This document shows, piece after piece, positions 52,571-64,000 of a DNA stretch of 64,000 nt (its first letter is position 1; each line of letters begins with the position of its first letter). The stretch covers positions 55,395,553 through 55,459,552 of the forward strand of contig NC_068990.1 of the NCBI RefSeq assembly GCF_001194135.2. The letters run 5' to 3'. The notes under the pieces are model-generated. The model was not told where the DNA came from, did not search any database, and saw only the letters and a list, made by a program, of their open reading frames with translations. The position numbers and the translations under genes were made by a program. This DNA comes from Octopus bimaculoides. Lineage: Eukaryota.

Positions 52571-52927
52571 GGAGGCGCAATGGCCCAGTGGTTAGGGCAG
52601 CGGATTCGCGGTCATAAGATCGCGGTTTCGATTCCCCGACCGGGCGTTGTGAGTGTTTATTGAACGAAAACACCTAAAGCTCCACAAGGCTCCAGCAGGG
52701 GATGGTGGCGAACTCTGCTGTACTCTTTCACCACAACTTTCTCTCACTCTTACTTCCTGTTTCTGTTGTGCCTTGTCACACTGTCACGCTGAATCTCTCC
52801 GAGAACTACGTTAAGGGTACACGTGTCTGTGGAGTGCTCAGCCACTTGCACGTTAATTTCACGAGCAGGCTGTTCCGTTGATCGGATCAACTGGAACCCT
52901 CGACATCATAAGCGACGGAGTGCCAAC
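52571..52927 (+). mobile_element. tRNA-derived SINE (family C) with 11-bp TSD, nested in an older SINE
   Basis: Head GGAGGCGCAATGGCCCAGTGG...GGTTTCGATTCC. TSD ATCTTGACATC at 52558-52568 and 52928-52938. Confidence 0.9.
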
Positions 52928-53819
52928 ATCTTGACATCACATGTTAGTTGTAAAATGGTTGTCACTGTTGTATAAACAGTGTCACTCATTTCCAATATTC
53001 TACAAAAGTATGTCTATCAATGGCGAAATGTTACCTTGCTTGAAAATGGAAGGTGGGCAACATGTGGGGCATCCAGCTGTGGAAAATGTGCCTCAGTAAA
53101 CTCTGTCTGACCCATACAAGCATGGAAAAGTGGATGTTAAAATGATGATGATCTACTGTTGTCAACAAGGAATGTAAACATGAAGCTTTCAATATAAAGG
53201 GAATTTCTAACATCCTTATCTTTCTAAGTGATATGTGAAATGGTTCTATTTGGAATTAAATCTGAGAACTTACTGCCATACCTCACCACTTCTTTTATCT
53301 TTTACATGTTTCAGTTATTAGACTGCAGCCATGCTGGGGTACCCCCTTGAAGAATTTTTAGTTCAAAGAATCGACCCCAGTACTCATTTTTTTTAAAAGC
53401 CTGGTATTTTTTCTATCTACCTCATATGCTGAACTGCTAAGTTACAGGGACCTAAACACGCTAACACCAGTTGTCAAGTGTTGGTTGGGGACAAACACAG
53501 ACACAAAGACACACACACATACACAACAGGCTTGTTTTAGTTTCTGTATATCAAATCCACTCACAAAGCTTTGGTTGGCCCAAGGCTATAGTAGAAGACA
53601 CTTGCTCAAGGTGCCACACAGTGGGCCTGACCATATGGTTGGGAAGCAAGGTCCTTAACAGAGTCACACCTGCACCTACTTAACCCTTTCGTTACTGTAT
53701 TTATTTTGAGATGCTCTGTGTTTCTTTCAGTTACTTTAAATATAACAAAGAATTTCGTAAAATAACTTAGTCATTATTAAGCTAGTGTTAGGAACATAAA
53801 TTGTGATTAAGGTTTGGTG

Positions 53820-54281
53820 NNNNNNNNNNNNNNNNNNNNNNNNNNNNNNNNNNNNNNNNNNNNNNNNNNNNNNNNNNNNNNNNNNNNNNNNNNNNNNNNN
53901 NNNNNNNNNNNNNNNNNNNNNNNNNNNNNNNNNNNNNNNNNNNNNNNNNNNNNNNNNNNNNNNNNNNNNNNNNNNNNNNNNNNNNNNNNNNNNNNNNNNN
54001 NNNNNNNNNNNNNNNNNNNNNNNNNNNNNNNNNNNNNNNNNNNNNNNNNNNNNNNNNNNNNNNNNNNNNNNNNNNNNNNNNNNNNNNNNNNNNNNNNNNN
54101 NNNNNNNNNNNNNNNNNNNNNNNNNNNNNNNNNNNNNNNNNNNNNNNNNNNNNNNNNNNNNNNNNNNNNNNNNNNNNNNNNNNNNNNNNNNNNNNNNNNN
54201 NNNNNNNNNNNNNNNNNNNNNNNNNNNNNNNNNNNNNNNNNNNNNNNNNNNNNNNNNNNNNNNNNNNNNNNNNNNNNNNNN
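53820..54281. other. Assembly gap (462 N), likely site of ABCF3 exon 17
   Basis: The second signature motif (LSGGQKSR) was not found in readable DNA between exons 16 and 18. Confidence 0.6.
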
Positions 54282-54929
54282 AAAGTGATCTGAATTAAAA
54301 TGTTCCGTCAAAATTTCATGTTGATTAATGTCTCAAACACCAATTTAATAATGTCAATATTATTTTAATAAATTCTTCATTATTTTCAAAATTAATTGAA
54401 ACAAAGGCAATGTATTTCAAGATAAACATGTGAACAAAAGGTTTAAAAGTTGGTAAGCTAAGTAAAATAATTTACTGCATTCATTCAGTTCAATCTCTCT
54501 CTCAAACAAAATGAGTCTTGTGATAAGTTAAAGAAAAAAAGACCAGGAGGACAGTAACACACACACAGAGATTATATATATATATAGATATATATGGTGC
54601 CATGCAAAAAGCACTGTGGTGGTGGTGAGAGACGGACTCAAAGACACATATACACACACATATATATGATGGGCTTCACATACATGATACCAGACATTTG
54701 GCAGGGAGGAGTTAGTTGATTGAACTGGCCCTGTTCTTCATTTTTTATTGACTCTGGAGAGGTGACTTTGGTGGGATTTGAACACAGAGCATTATGACTC
54801 AGAATTTATCTGATGGGTCTAATGATTCTGCCAGACCATTGTCAGTGAATATATTAGTTTGCATCATTTGGATTCACAAACAGAGTGGAAAATATTCAAT
54901 ACATTATGCAGAATAAATGTATTTATTCA

Positions 54930-55150
54930 TGTAAAAAGCACCTCTGCTGGCACCACGTAAAAAGCACCCATGTTGGCACCACAAAAAAAAAATCCACTTG
55001 TGCTGGTGTCATGTAAAAAGCACCTGTGCGGGCACCACACAAAAAAATCTGTCCTTGCTTCATGTAAAAGCATCTGTGTAAGCACCACTTAAAAAGCACT
55101 CAAGCTGGTGATATGTAAAAAGCATCCATGCTTGCTTCATGTAAAAAGCA
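54930..55150. repeat. About 25-bp degenerate minisatellite (GTAAAAAGCACC...GCACCAC) inside family B copies; also 31300-31440 and 51225-51345
   Basis: Eight or nine diverged tandem units continuous with the family B body. Confidence 0.75.
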
Positions 55151-55531
55151 CCAAGTACACTCTGTAACGTGGTTGGTGTTAGAAAGTGTATTCAGCTGTA
55201 GAAACCATGCCAAAATGGACAACTGGAGCCTGGTGCAGCCTTCTGGCTTGCTAGCTCTTGTCAAACTGTCCAACCCATGCCAGCAAGGAAAACCGATGTT
55301 AAATGATGATGAGGATGAGTTAAAATGACAAGTGTTCATAACTTTGGTTTATACCAGCAAAAGCAATCATCAGCATGGAACTTGAAATTATAGAGCAATA
55401 GTTACTATAATACACACACACATACACACTACCACACATGCATGTGTATGCTCCCCCCCCCCCCCNNNNNNNNNNNNNNNNNNNNGCCACAAATATGCAT
55501 ACATACTTACATATATTCTTTTTTTTCACAG

Positions 55532-55619
55532 CCCCAACTTCTTCATTCTTGATGAACCTACAAATCACCTTGATGTAGAAACAATAGAAGCTTTAGGAAA
55601 AGCTCTTCAAAAATTTAAA
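55532..55619 (+). CDS. ABCF3: ABCF3 exon 18, Walker B of ABC domain 2 (PNFFILDEPTNHLDVETIEALGKALQKFK)
   Basis: ttttttcacag|...|gtaagt, phase 2-0. Confidence 0.96.
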
Positions 55620-58112
55620 GTAAGTTCTCACTTTGATATTATTGTTTTGAGTGCAGAAATGAGTGAAATGATTGTTCGTTTCAGATAAAGTATATGGTTT
55701 CCAAAGTGACGTATTCTTGAATATTCTTGCATTCAGTTGTCAGGAAAAGACCAGTTATGTCTCATCAAACCCTGCAAAGTCTTACTGGACAGAGTTGGAT
55801 GACAATGTTAGCAGGTTAATTGTACCAATCTTACCTTCCCTGACAATAACAGTTACAAACTGTAAACATTCCCTTTTAGTTGGAAGTTTAATGTTTTTAT
55901 CATGTTTCATCTGGTCTATCTTTGCTCTTTGAATATGTGAATTAATGTATAACAATTTACTTGATCAGTCTTCCAGTGGGTGAATTAACCCTTTAACATT
56001 TAAACCGGCCATCTTTAGCCAAATTATTTTACATGTTTTATATTCAAACTGGCCAGATCTGACTTCTCCCATCTACCCTATAATGTCATTCATCATCTTA
56101 ATCATCATTTAATGTCCATTTTCCATGCTTGCATGGGTTGGATGGTTTGACAGAAGCTAACCAGCTGAAGGGCTGTTCAGGCTCCATGTCTGTTTTAGCA
56201 TGGTTCCTACAGCTGGATGCCCTTCTTAATGCCAATCACTTTACAGAGTGTACTGGGTGCTTTTACACAGCACTAGCATGGGTGCTTTTTACATGACACC
56301 AGCACTTCTAAGCCCACAAGATTAGGGATGCTTGGCTGGAGAGCAAGGGACGAGCCTGTATTAAGGGCAAACACGCTTTTACTTAGCTAGACGTGTCTTT
56401 TCAAGCACAGCAAACTGCCAGGAATCTTGGTTCCCCCATCATCCCCTCTGAGTCCCAATGTTTGTAGATCCTTTCTCACTATTTTGTCATTCTAAAAATA
56501 AACAATCACATCATCAAAATTTTAGTGACAAGATAATGCTTGATGAATTCAAAGCTACAAGATAATGCCTGATTAGTTCAAAACAATGTGAATAAATAAG
56601 CATTACATTTGGCCAAACAATCTGAACGCTAGAGTATTTAAAGTTCCATCCACCTTATAATGTCATTCTAAAACTAAACAATCACATGTCCACCCTGTTA
56701 GGTGGTTTGTGTTAGGAAGGGCACCCAGCAGTAAAAATCCTGCCAAAACAGTTGCAGAAGTCTGGTGCAGGCTTCTGCCTGGCTGGCTCCTGTTAAACTG
56801 TCTCACCTATGCTAGCATGGAAGGCGGACATTAAGCAATGATGATGATGATGGTCATCATCATCAAAATCACAAAGCGGCAAAATAATGCTTGATTAATT
56901 CAAAACAATGTGAATTAATAAGTATTACATTTGATAGAATAATCTGAATACTAAAGGATTAAACAAATAAATAAATAAAATGTGGACATTAATATTTAGG
57001 AAAAGTAAGAAATATAAACACAAGCACATTCAGTTATGATGCCCAGTAGTTGTGACATGATAATATCTTAGTATTTCTCTGCCCTACAGCATAGAGGAGC
57101 TATATATAAAAGAAATTTTTTGAAAATTTTTTGGAGGAGGAGTAAATTAGATATAAACTTGTTAAAAAGTTGACTGTATGAGCATTTTGAACGAAAAAAC
57201 AAAAACAAAAACTTGCAAGTATTCATAGATATTTGAAATGATTTTTTTTTACTCCACCATGTTTATTTATTTATGGATGCATGTTAACATAAAGAGCAAA
57301 TTGCACACTGGAGACATACTCAAATCTTTATCAGGATGATTTGTCTGAATGGGTTGTTTGATAATTGCTATCATCCCTTTTTAGTCTTTAATTAGACAGA
57401 TGTTTGGTAATTTTTTCTATTCTGTCAAGAAATGGTTCTAGACAGTTCTAGTTTAACCCATATCTGGCCCAGATATTTTACATGTTTTATATTCAAACTG
57501 GCCATATCTATCCTCTCACACCCTAACCTACATTCACTCTCTTTCTTATCTCCCTTCAACCTTTGTCTTATGTCAGTACATTTTCTTTTTACTTGTGTAT
57601 CCTATACCAGCATATGATAAAATGAATAACGTAAATAAATGTACAGAAACTGGTGCCCAGACAAAAGAACTCAATTACTAAACAGTGTTCTCAGTTAGCT
57701 TTGTTTGCTTAGCTATTATTTGTAACAGGTTGCAAGTCTGTTTTCTTTTTGATTTGTCTGTGGTGACTAGCATATTATATTTTGTTTCCCTTTCTTATTT
57801 AGCAGTTTAAGATAGATAACCTTTGATATGCTGGTAAATAATTTATATAAACGAAATTATCTGTTTGAAAGAATGGAAACTAAGTAAACAATTAAGGTAG
57901 TTGATACCTATCATCGTTTTGTAGGTTTCCAATGAGACAATCATTAGTTCACTGCATTTATGCTGATAGTGAGAGTGATGAGAGAGCGCCTGTGCAACTT
58001 GGTTCAAGAATACACCCATTAGGGGTTTTGTTCAAAAGCACTAGTTTAATTTGTTATATTTTGGGACAGTCATTTTGCCACTAAACATATGCACTATTTA
58101 TTTTATCTTTAC

Positions 58113-58158
<46 letters not shown>

Positions 58159-59325
58159 GCTGTTGTTTATTTGTCAGTTCTTTTGTTACACATTCTGTGA
58201 CTTCTTCAATGACTATCTGTTTTTCATGCTTCTTCTCCCTGACCTTGTAGTGTCTATTCCATCTTGTCTATCTTTGGAATGAATGTATTCCTATCTGTGC
58301 ATGCGTTTAATTGGATTTTATTTTTTGTCAATATTTACATCTTACACCAATATATATCACCAACAGTATATAATTTATATCATTTATTTATTTTATATAG
58401 CAGTTAAAAAATATAGCATGGTTGGTTATTGATTTCCAACAGGTCAATCACTGTTCATGTATTGATGTTAAGAATTTCCTATTCTGATACCACCAAAAGA
58501 AAATAATTTCATTTTTTAAAGGAATATCTGAAAGGAATTAAATGTTATTGCCTGGAATGTGAGAGCATAGATGATATTGTTAGTAAGGTAGTGAACAATA
58601 GACAAAGAATTGGTCAGAATCTTTCGTTGTCTGTGGCCAAGGACCCTAACTTTTGTGGGCCAAGTCCACTGTGTTACAGAACTGACTAGTATTTTGGTAA
58701 CTTTTAGTGCTGAGTTCAGTTCCTCCAATGAAAATTGCTTTATATCTAAAGGAAGAATTGTTTTCCGTCTGCTTATTGCTATGGAAACTGGAGTTTTGGA
58801 TAGGTTATGTAACTGAAATGAGGCATAAGTGAATCTGAAAAACCTAGTCTTCAGCAATAGAAATGTATGTGGTAAGAGCAAATATTAATTTGTGTTGTTA
58901 AATATTGATTTCTAAAAATTAATTTTAAGTAGCTCAGAGATCTGAGAGTCTCTCCCCTTTGCATTAAAGTGGGGTGGGCTCACAGCACTGGTACTGTGGA
59001 TATGTGATTAGAATGTTGCAGGAAAGAATTGCAAGATGGATTCCTCAAGCCAAGGCAACTGGTTGGAAACCCAGAGGTAGATCAAGAATGTGATGGTTGA
59101 ATACTATCCATAGTTTCAGTTGGTCATGCTTGGGAATCCAATTGCTTCTAATAGGATCCTATGCAGAAGGTACACAAGAACTCTATTCCCATGACCCTTC
59201 CAGGAATTGTGGGCAGAGAAGATCGAGGGATGGAATTTTAAGTAATACAGTATTTAAAAATATTACTTTTGTTATTAATTTACAAAAACAGTTGTCTATC
59301 ATTTTTCTTCTTTGTCTTTTTACAG

Positions 59326-59478
59326 GGTGGTGTCATTTTAGTATCTCACGACGAAAGACTTATTCGAGTTATTTGCAATGAACTATGGGTAGTTCAAGGA
59401 GGAACTGTGAAAAGTTTGGAAGGCGGCTTTGATGAGTACAAGCAGATTGTTGAGCAAGAACTGCAAGCTACTCTATGA
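59326..59478 (+). CDS. ABCF3: ABCF3 terminal exon (GGVILVSHDERLIRVICNELWVVQGG...LQATL*)
   Basis: ctttttacag| acceptor, phase 0, TGA stop. AATAAA at 59553-59558. Confidence 0.97.
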   Translation, partial: GGVILVSHDERLIRVICNELWVVQGGTVKSLEGGFDEYKQIVEQELQATL

Positions 59479-59552
59479 CAACAGTCTCTTACCTCATAAA
59501 TTAGTTATCTGGGAAAATTAGGATTCTTTGTATATCTATTTTCCTGATTTTC

Positions 59553-59558
59553 AATAAA
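59553..59558 (+). terminator. Candidate polyadenylation signal of ABCF3
   Basis: First AATAAA, 75 nt after the stop codon, followed by a T/GT-rich tract. Confidence 0.5.
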
Positions 59559-59770
59559 ATTACATCTAAATGCATTCTGTTTTTGTTGTTATTTTTAGAT
59601 AAACAAAAAAAATTTGACAAATAAAAATAGATACATAAATTAAAATGTTTGTGAAAAAATACTTCTCTATTCAAGCCTTTCTATCTTAGTTGCAGCTATA
59701 ATCCAGTGTATGTGTGTCTATTAATGTCAGTGAAATGCCATATTTTCCAGCATACAAGTCGACATAGTAT

Positions 59771-59990
59771 TTATTCTTTTCTACTCTAGGGACAAAGCCC
59801 GAAATTTTTGGGGAGGGGCCCCAGTCGATTAGATCAACCCCATTACGCAACTGGTACTTAATTTATCGACCTTGAAAGGATGAAAGACAAAGTCGACCTC
59901 GGCAGAATTTGAACTCAGAATGAAAAGACAGACGAAATACTGCTAAGCATTTTGCCCGGCGTGCTAACATTTCTGCCAGCTCGCCGTCTT
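59771..59990 (-). mobile_element. Young family D SINE inserted into a MITE just downstream of ABCF3
   Basis: CpG-retaining copy that interrupts a repeat also seen intact at about 38920-39118 and 42120-42307. Short TAGTAT duplication. Confidence 0.8.
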
Positions 59991-60669
59991 AGTATAATAG
60001 TATATATTGACATAGTATATATTGTAAACAAGTAGTGTAAACATTCAAACATCATCATTATCTTTCTAAATTCTGCTACACTTCATATGGAATTTTTGGC
60101 CCTTTAGATTTGTCTTAGTGTATACCTTTTTTATCTGCAAATTTTCATCTGAAAAATTCACCCTGTGTGCCTAAAAATATTGTGTACACTTGATTCATTG
60201 CAATTCTTTGCCCATTGCTTTCACAAGTCAATATATTTTAAATACAAACACTTCATTTCACGTTATTCTGTGAGTGGGAGGGTGGCAAAATCATTGGCAC
60301 TTCAGCAGAGATGCTTTATGATATATTTTCTGGCTCACTACATTCTGAGTTCAAATCTCACCTGCCTGGAGAAGGCAATGGGAAACCACTTCAGTATTCA
60401 CCCCAAGTCTATTCATGGCAACCAAAGTTCCAGTAATACTTAACAGCAGCAGGGATGGGTACTGGTTCTCCCAGGTTGTGTAGAGGGTGCTGGAGAAGAT
60501 CCACAGGCCCTGGCCAAGGGTAGGCCACTGTTAGACTACACACACACACATATATATATTCTGAGACAGAGTGACTATGAGATTGGGCTTGCTAAAAGTC
60601 TAGCAAAAAGGTAGCATATTCATTTAGACCTGAGAAAATTTGAGTCCAGCCCAGTAAACTGGTCAGTTA

Positions 60670-61711
60670 CAAGGGTTGGCTGAAAGGTCCACAGGCTGGT
60701 CGTGACCAAAGTGATTTTTATTTTTGTTGGGGAACAGATGATAGTTAGATGGGTCAAATTAGGAGAATAGGGAGGGTGATCAACCTGTTCAAAGCCATAA
60801 TCACACATGGCAGCCACTGAAACCAAGGATTTGTGAGCTGAAGCAGTGTCCTGATGAAATAAGACTCCCTTCATCAGTTTTCCTGGACGTTTGGCCTTGA
60901 TAGCCTTTCATAACTGCCTCAGTAATTTGGCATGGTACTCTCCAATGATGGTGTGACTCTTTTAAAGATAGTCAATAAACACAATGCTATGGTTTTCTTT
61001 GGAGCAGGTGAGGAGGGGTGGTGGTTTCCACTGCATGGATTGTCTGCTTGTCACTGGCTCAAAGTGATGAACCCAACACTCATCCTGACTTAGGAAATGT
61101 ACAAGGAAACCAGCTGGATCTACCTGAAACAATGATGTAATCAGCCTGATGCGTTTTGATTAGGTGTCAGAAGACGTGGCACCCACTGAACAGAAATCTT
61201 CGTCATGCCAAGTTCATTGTGCAGAATATTCTCAACTCTCTCACAGCATATACTAATAGCATTGGCTATTTGGTTTGTAGTCAATTAACTATCATCCATC
61301 ACCATGTGGTGAATACGATCAATGTTTTCTTTGGTAATGACAGTTGCAGGATGTTCAGAAGTTGGGTCATCTAAGTTCAGCTGTCCACTTTTGCACTGTT
61401 GATAAAATTGAAGCGGCAACCATGTCAGTATAAATGTTCTGGGGGAGCTAAACTCGTTTCTGCAGGTACCTCTATAACACCAAAATGCCAAATTTTGTCC
61501 ATTTTCAAGAGAAGTCATTATTAGTTACTTTTGAAATGTACTTTGAACAGTGAGATATCAGTTTACCTGCCCCCCCCCCAAAAAAAAACAAAAAACAAAA
61601 CAAAAACAATGAAGTTGTTCATAAGAAGTGTTAAAATTAATGCATGCAAGATTTTACAGCTCTAGCATCACTCTTTCATAGTGAGCCTATGAACTTTTCG
61701 GCTCACCCTCG
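60670..61711 (-). mobile_element. Mariner (DD34D-type) transposon relic
   Basis: TA-flanked imperfect TIRs CAAGGGTTGGCTGAAAGGTCCACAGGCT / AGCCTATGAACTTTTCGGCTCACCCTCG. Fragments KGVLFHQDTASAHKS...DHPPYSPNL and DDPTSEHPATVITKENIDRIHHMVMDD. Confidence 0.87.
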
Positions 61712-63639
61712 TATACCCATTGTGCGTATTTATGGCACTATGATATGAAAGACAAAAATGATTAGGAATAAAATTCTAATTTTTTTTGCTTATGTTACTA
61801 ACCTGCAAAGTAGTAAACATTAATTAAATTTAATAGAAAACTGTCATGATCCTCTTCCATACTGTATTAAAAAAATCAAATGATAATACCTTTCCTAGGA
61901 TATACAATGAAATCAACGTAGAAATATAATAGGGGCACAGATCATTACGCCGATAAAAAAACAAAAAACAAAAAAAAACATAAAATCCTTAGTTTCTCTG
62001 AAGGATCTCAGAAATAATTTTGAGAACTCATCCAAACGTAAATTTGCTGATCATGCCAAAAGTGATGGAGTTAAGCAAAACTATCTTCTTGTATAGTAAA
62101 CTCTGGCATAAAACAGTTTGCATATGAGTCTACACTAACACAGTGTCAGCAATCACGTTTAATGGTCTTAGAATGAAAGTTAATTGTAGATTTAGTCAAT
62201 TCGACGTCGTTGACTGTTATTTTTCCGTTGGCCAAAATCTTCTAATGGCCACCCAGTTCGTGAAAACATGCACAAATACCTAACAAAGCAACCATTACTC
62301 ATTATGAACACCATAGATCTCTTGTTTATAATAAAGAAGCTTACTGGTTCTAAAAGATGGATCAGACTTTTTTTCGATGACACTGAGTATCTTTGATGGA
62401 GCTGAAATGAAAACAGCCAGCTTCGTTCTTGTTCAATCAAATCGAAACTACTTTTGACGGCATTTGTATGAACCACTCTCAGGAACAGCCATGGCAGTGG
62501 ATCGAACTCAGTCGTATTCCATATATCCGTATTTGTTATACTTACTCATTGCTTTAATTAGCAGGGCCTCCGAGAGTGGGGTCCAGCCGGTACTTTGTTC
62601 TGGGGCCTAAGAGCTAAGGAGGGCTCTACAGCAACTATGCAACACCCATCTTCTCTCGAATACAAGCACTTTCTACTACCCCTAGCCCGATATACACTTA
62701 CATTCACATACACAAATATCACTATACTTATCACACCACACTTCTTTTTATTAGTATTTATTATTAATTATTGTTTATTAGTATTCATTATTAATTATTG
62801 TAAGCCTAGTTGTATAGACATATGATAACACCAAGAGTATCTACCTATAGCCCGGGACCTCAATGGGATCTAGTGCCGCACATATGATCAAGCCGTCGCT
62901 ATGTCGTGGTTTGAGATCTGCAACATGGCAAACGCAAGTTCGAGTCCTGCTACACCTTGTTACATGATGCTTTTAGACGGTGTTTAGGTGTGTGATGCTA
63001 TTTAATACCCGATCGCAGCATGAATATGTTTTTGATGTCACAAACATAGTTCTGACCTTTATCAGTTTCAATAAAAGTGATTAGATAAAAAAAAAACATT
63101 AAGAGATAGATAGATAGATAGAGAAGAAAAGCGACAAAGAAAGGGAGACTGACGAGATTGTGCTTTCATATTAGCGGGAATTACATTCATGCGAAAAAGA
63201 AACCATTCTGCACTGAAACAATACTGTAGATATACCTCCACACTTGTTTCCCCTTTTGCACGTAACTCTTCACAGCACACAGTACGTAAATTTCTTCTCA
63301 AGCTATCTAATTTTACTCTATCGGGTGCTCCATTACGTACACATAGATGCCAAGAAGGTTATTTCTATCTCTTGTAGGAAAGTGGTCATACACCATTAGG
63401 TGTACTCCGCTTCCGTACATTAAACTTCTTGAAGAAGACAACGGAACGCAGATTCTGAACAACACAACAATATTTATTTACAGGGGAATTCGGCTCACAC
63501 TTGGAGGGAATTCGGTAGCTCGTCGCATTCGGTTACTGAGACGCCGTCAATGAAGTTCGTGGTTATTAGTGTAGCTCTGGTGCTGGGTTGTGAGGGAGCT
63601 CTGTTAGACGTCTAGGCTCTATGGAGATCAGCGAAGAAA

Positions 63640-63860
63640 GAGAGAGAAAGAAGCGCGAAAGCTTGGATGTCGATGACTACGCATGCGCATGAGACTCTTC
63701 CTGTATTCCTTCCGGAACTAGTCCCTGCGCATGCGTGGATAAACTTTCCGGAAATGTCGTCTGCTATTAAGTAGTCACTACATGGCTCCCCCTCGAGTGC
63801 CGGAAGCACGAAAATAGAAATTTGGAGTGGCGCCTGAGGCAAGATGGCTACCGAAAACAC
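63640..63860. promoter_or_regulatory. CpG-rich housekeeping-type promoter of a gene not resolved in this window
   Basis: Two NRF1-like GCATGCGCA/TGCGCATGCG palindromes (63679-63691, 63726-63735), TTCCGGAA twice (63710, 63746), CCGGAAG (63800) and YY1-like AAGATGGC (63841). Confidence 0.65.
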
Positions 63861-64000
63861 CCACAAGATGTGGCACAAATATATATAACGAAAAATCAAA
63901 GAAAGTGATGTACAATTGTGAGATACATGCATGCAATGTACAAAAGAATTGACACTGACAAAACAACCGTGATGACAACTGTCCAGGAAACTGGAATCAC

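Noticed and set aside
52571-52645. tRNA-like sequences at SINE heads
   Set aside because: They continue into SINE bodies with TSDs, so they are not functional tRNA genes.
54930-55150. Regularly spaced short repeats resembling a CRISPR array (also 31300-31440, 51225-51345)
   Set aside because: The units are degenerate, have no unique spacers and lie inside a eukaryotic retro-repeat. There are no cas genes.
58516-59260. 121-aa minus ORF (..FSLEELNSALK..) and a nearby possible RTE tail
   Set aside because: At most very decayed LINE remnants, with motifs too weak to call.

Overview
AT-rich, repeat-dense animal genomic DNA with several N gaps. The SINE/MITE families and microsatellites resemble those I recognise from Octopus (inference). 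Two genes can be reconstructed by hand on the + strand. (1) The last four exons of NUP133 (2132-9931). (2) A nearly complete ABCF3 (ATG 19858 to TGA 59478, about 714 aa): 17 exons are visible and two more are missing, probably inside assembly gaps. Introns and intergenic DNA hold decayed Tc1/mariner elements of three catalytic types (DD34D, DD37D, about DD41D), a Dong/R4-type LINE inside an (ATT)n microsatellite, RTE LINE remnants, tRNA-derived SINEs with target-site duplications and TTAA-flanked piggyBac-type MITEs. I found no convincing novel biological system. The best leads are a candidate unidentified gene divergent from ABCF3, a probable GC-AG intron, a duplicated ABCF3 exon-2 fragment, young inverted repeats around ABCF3 exons (possible dsRNA/ADAR or circRNA substrates) and a bidirectional-type promoter at the right edge.
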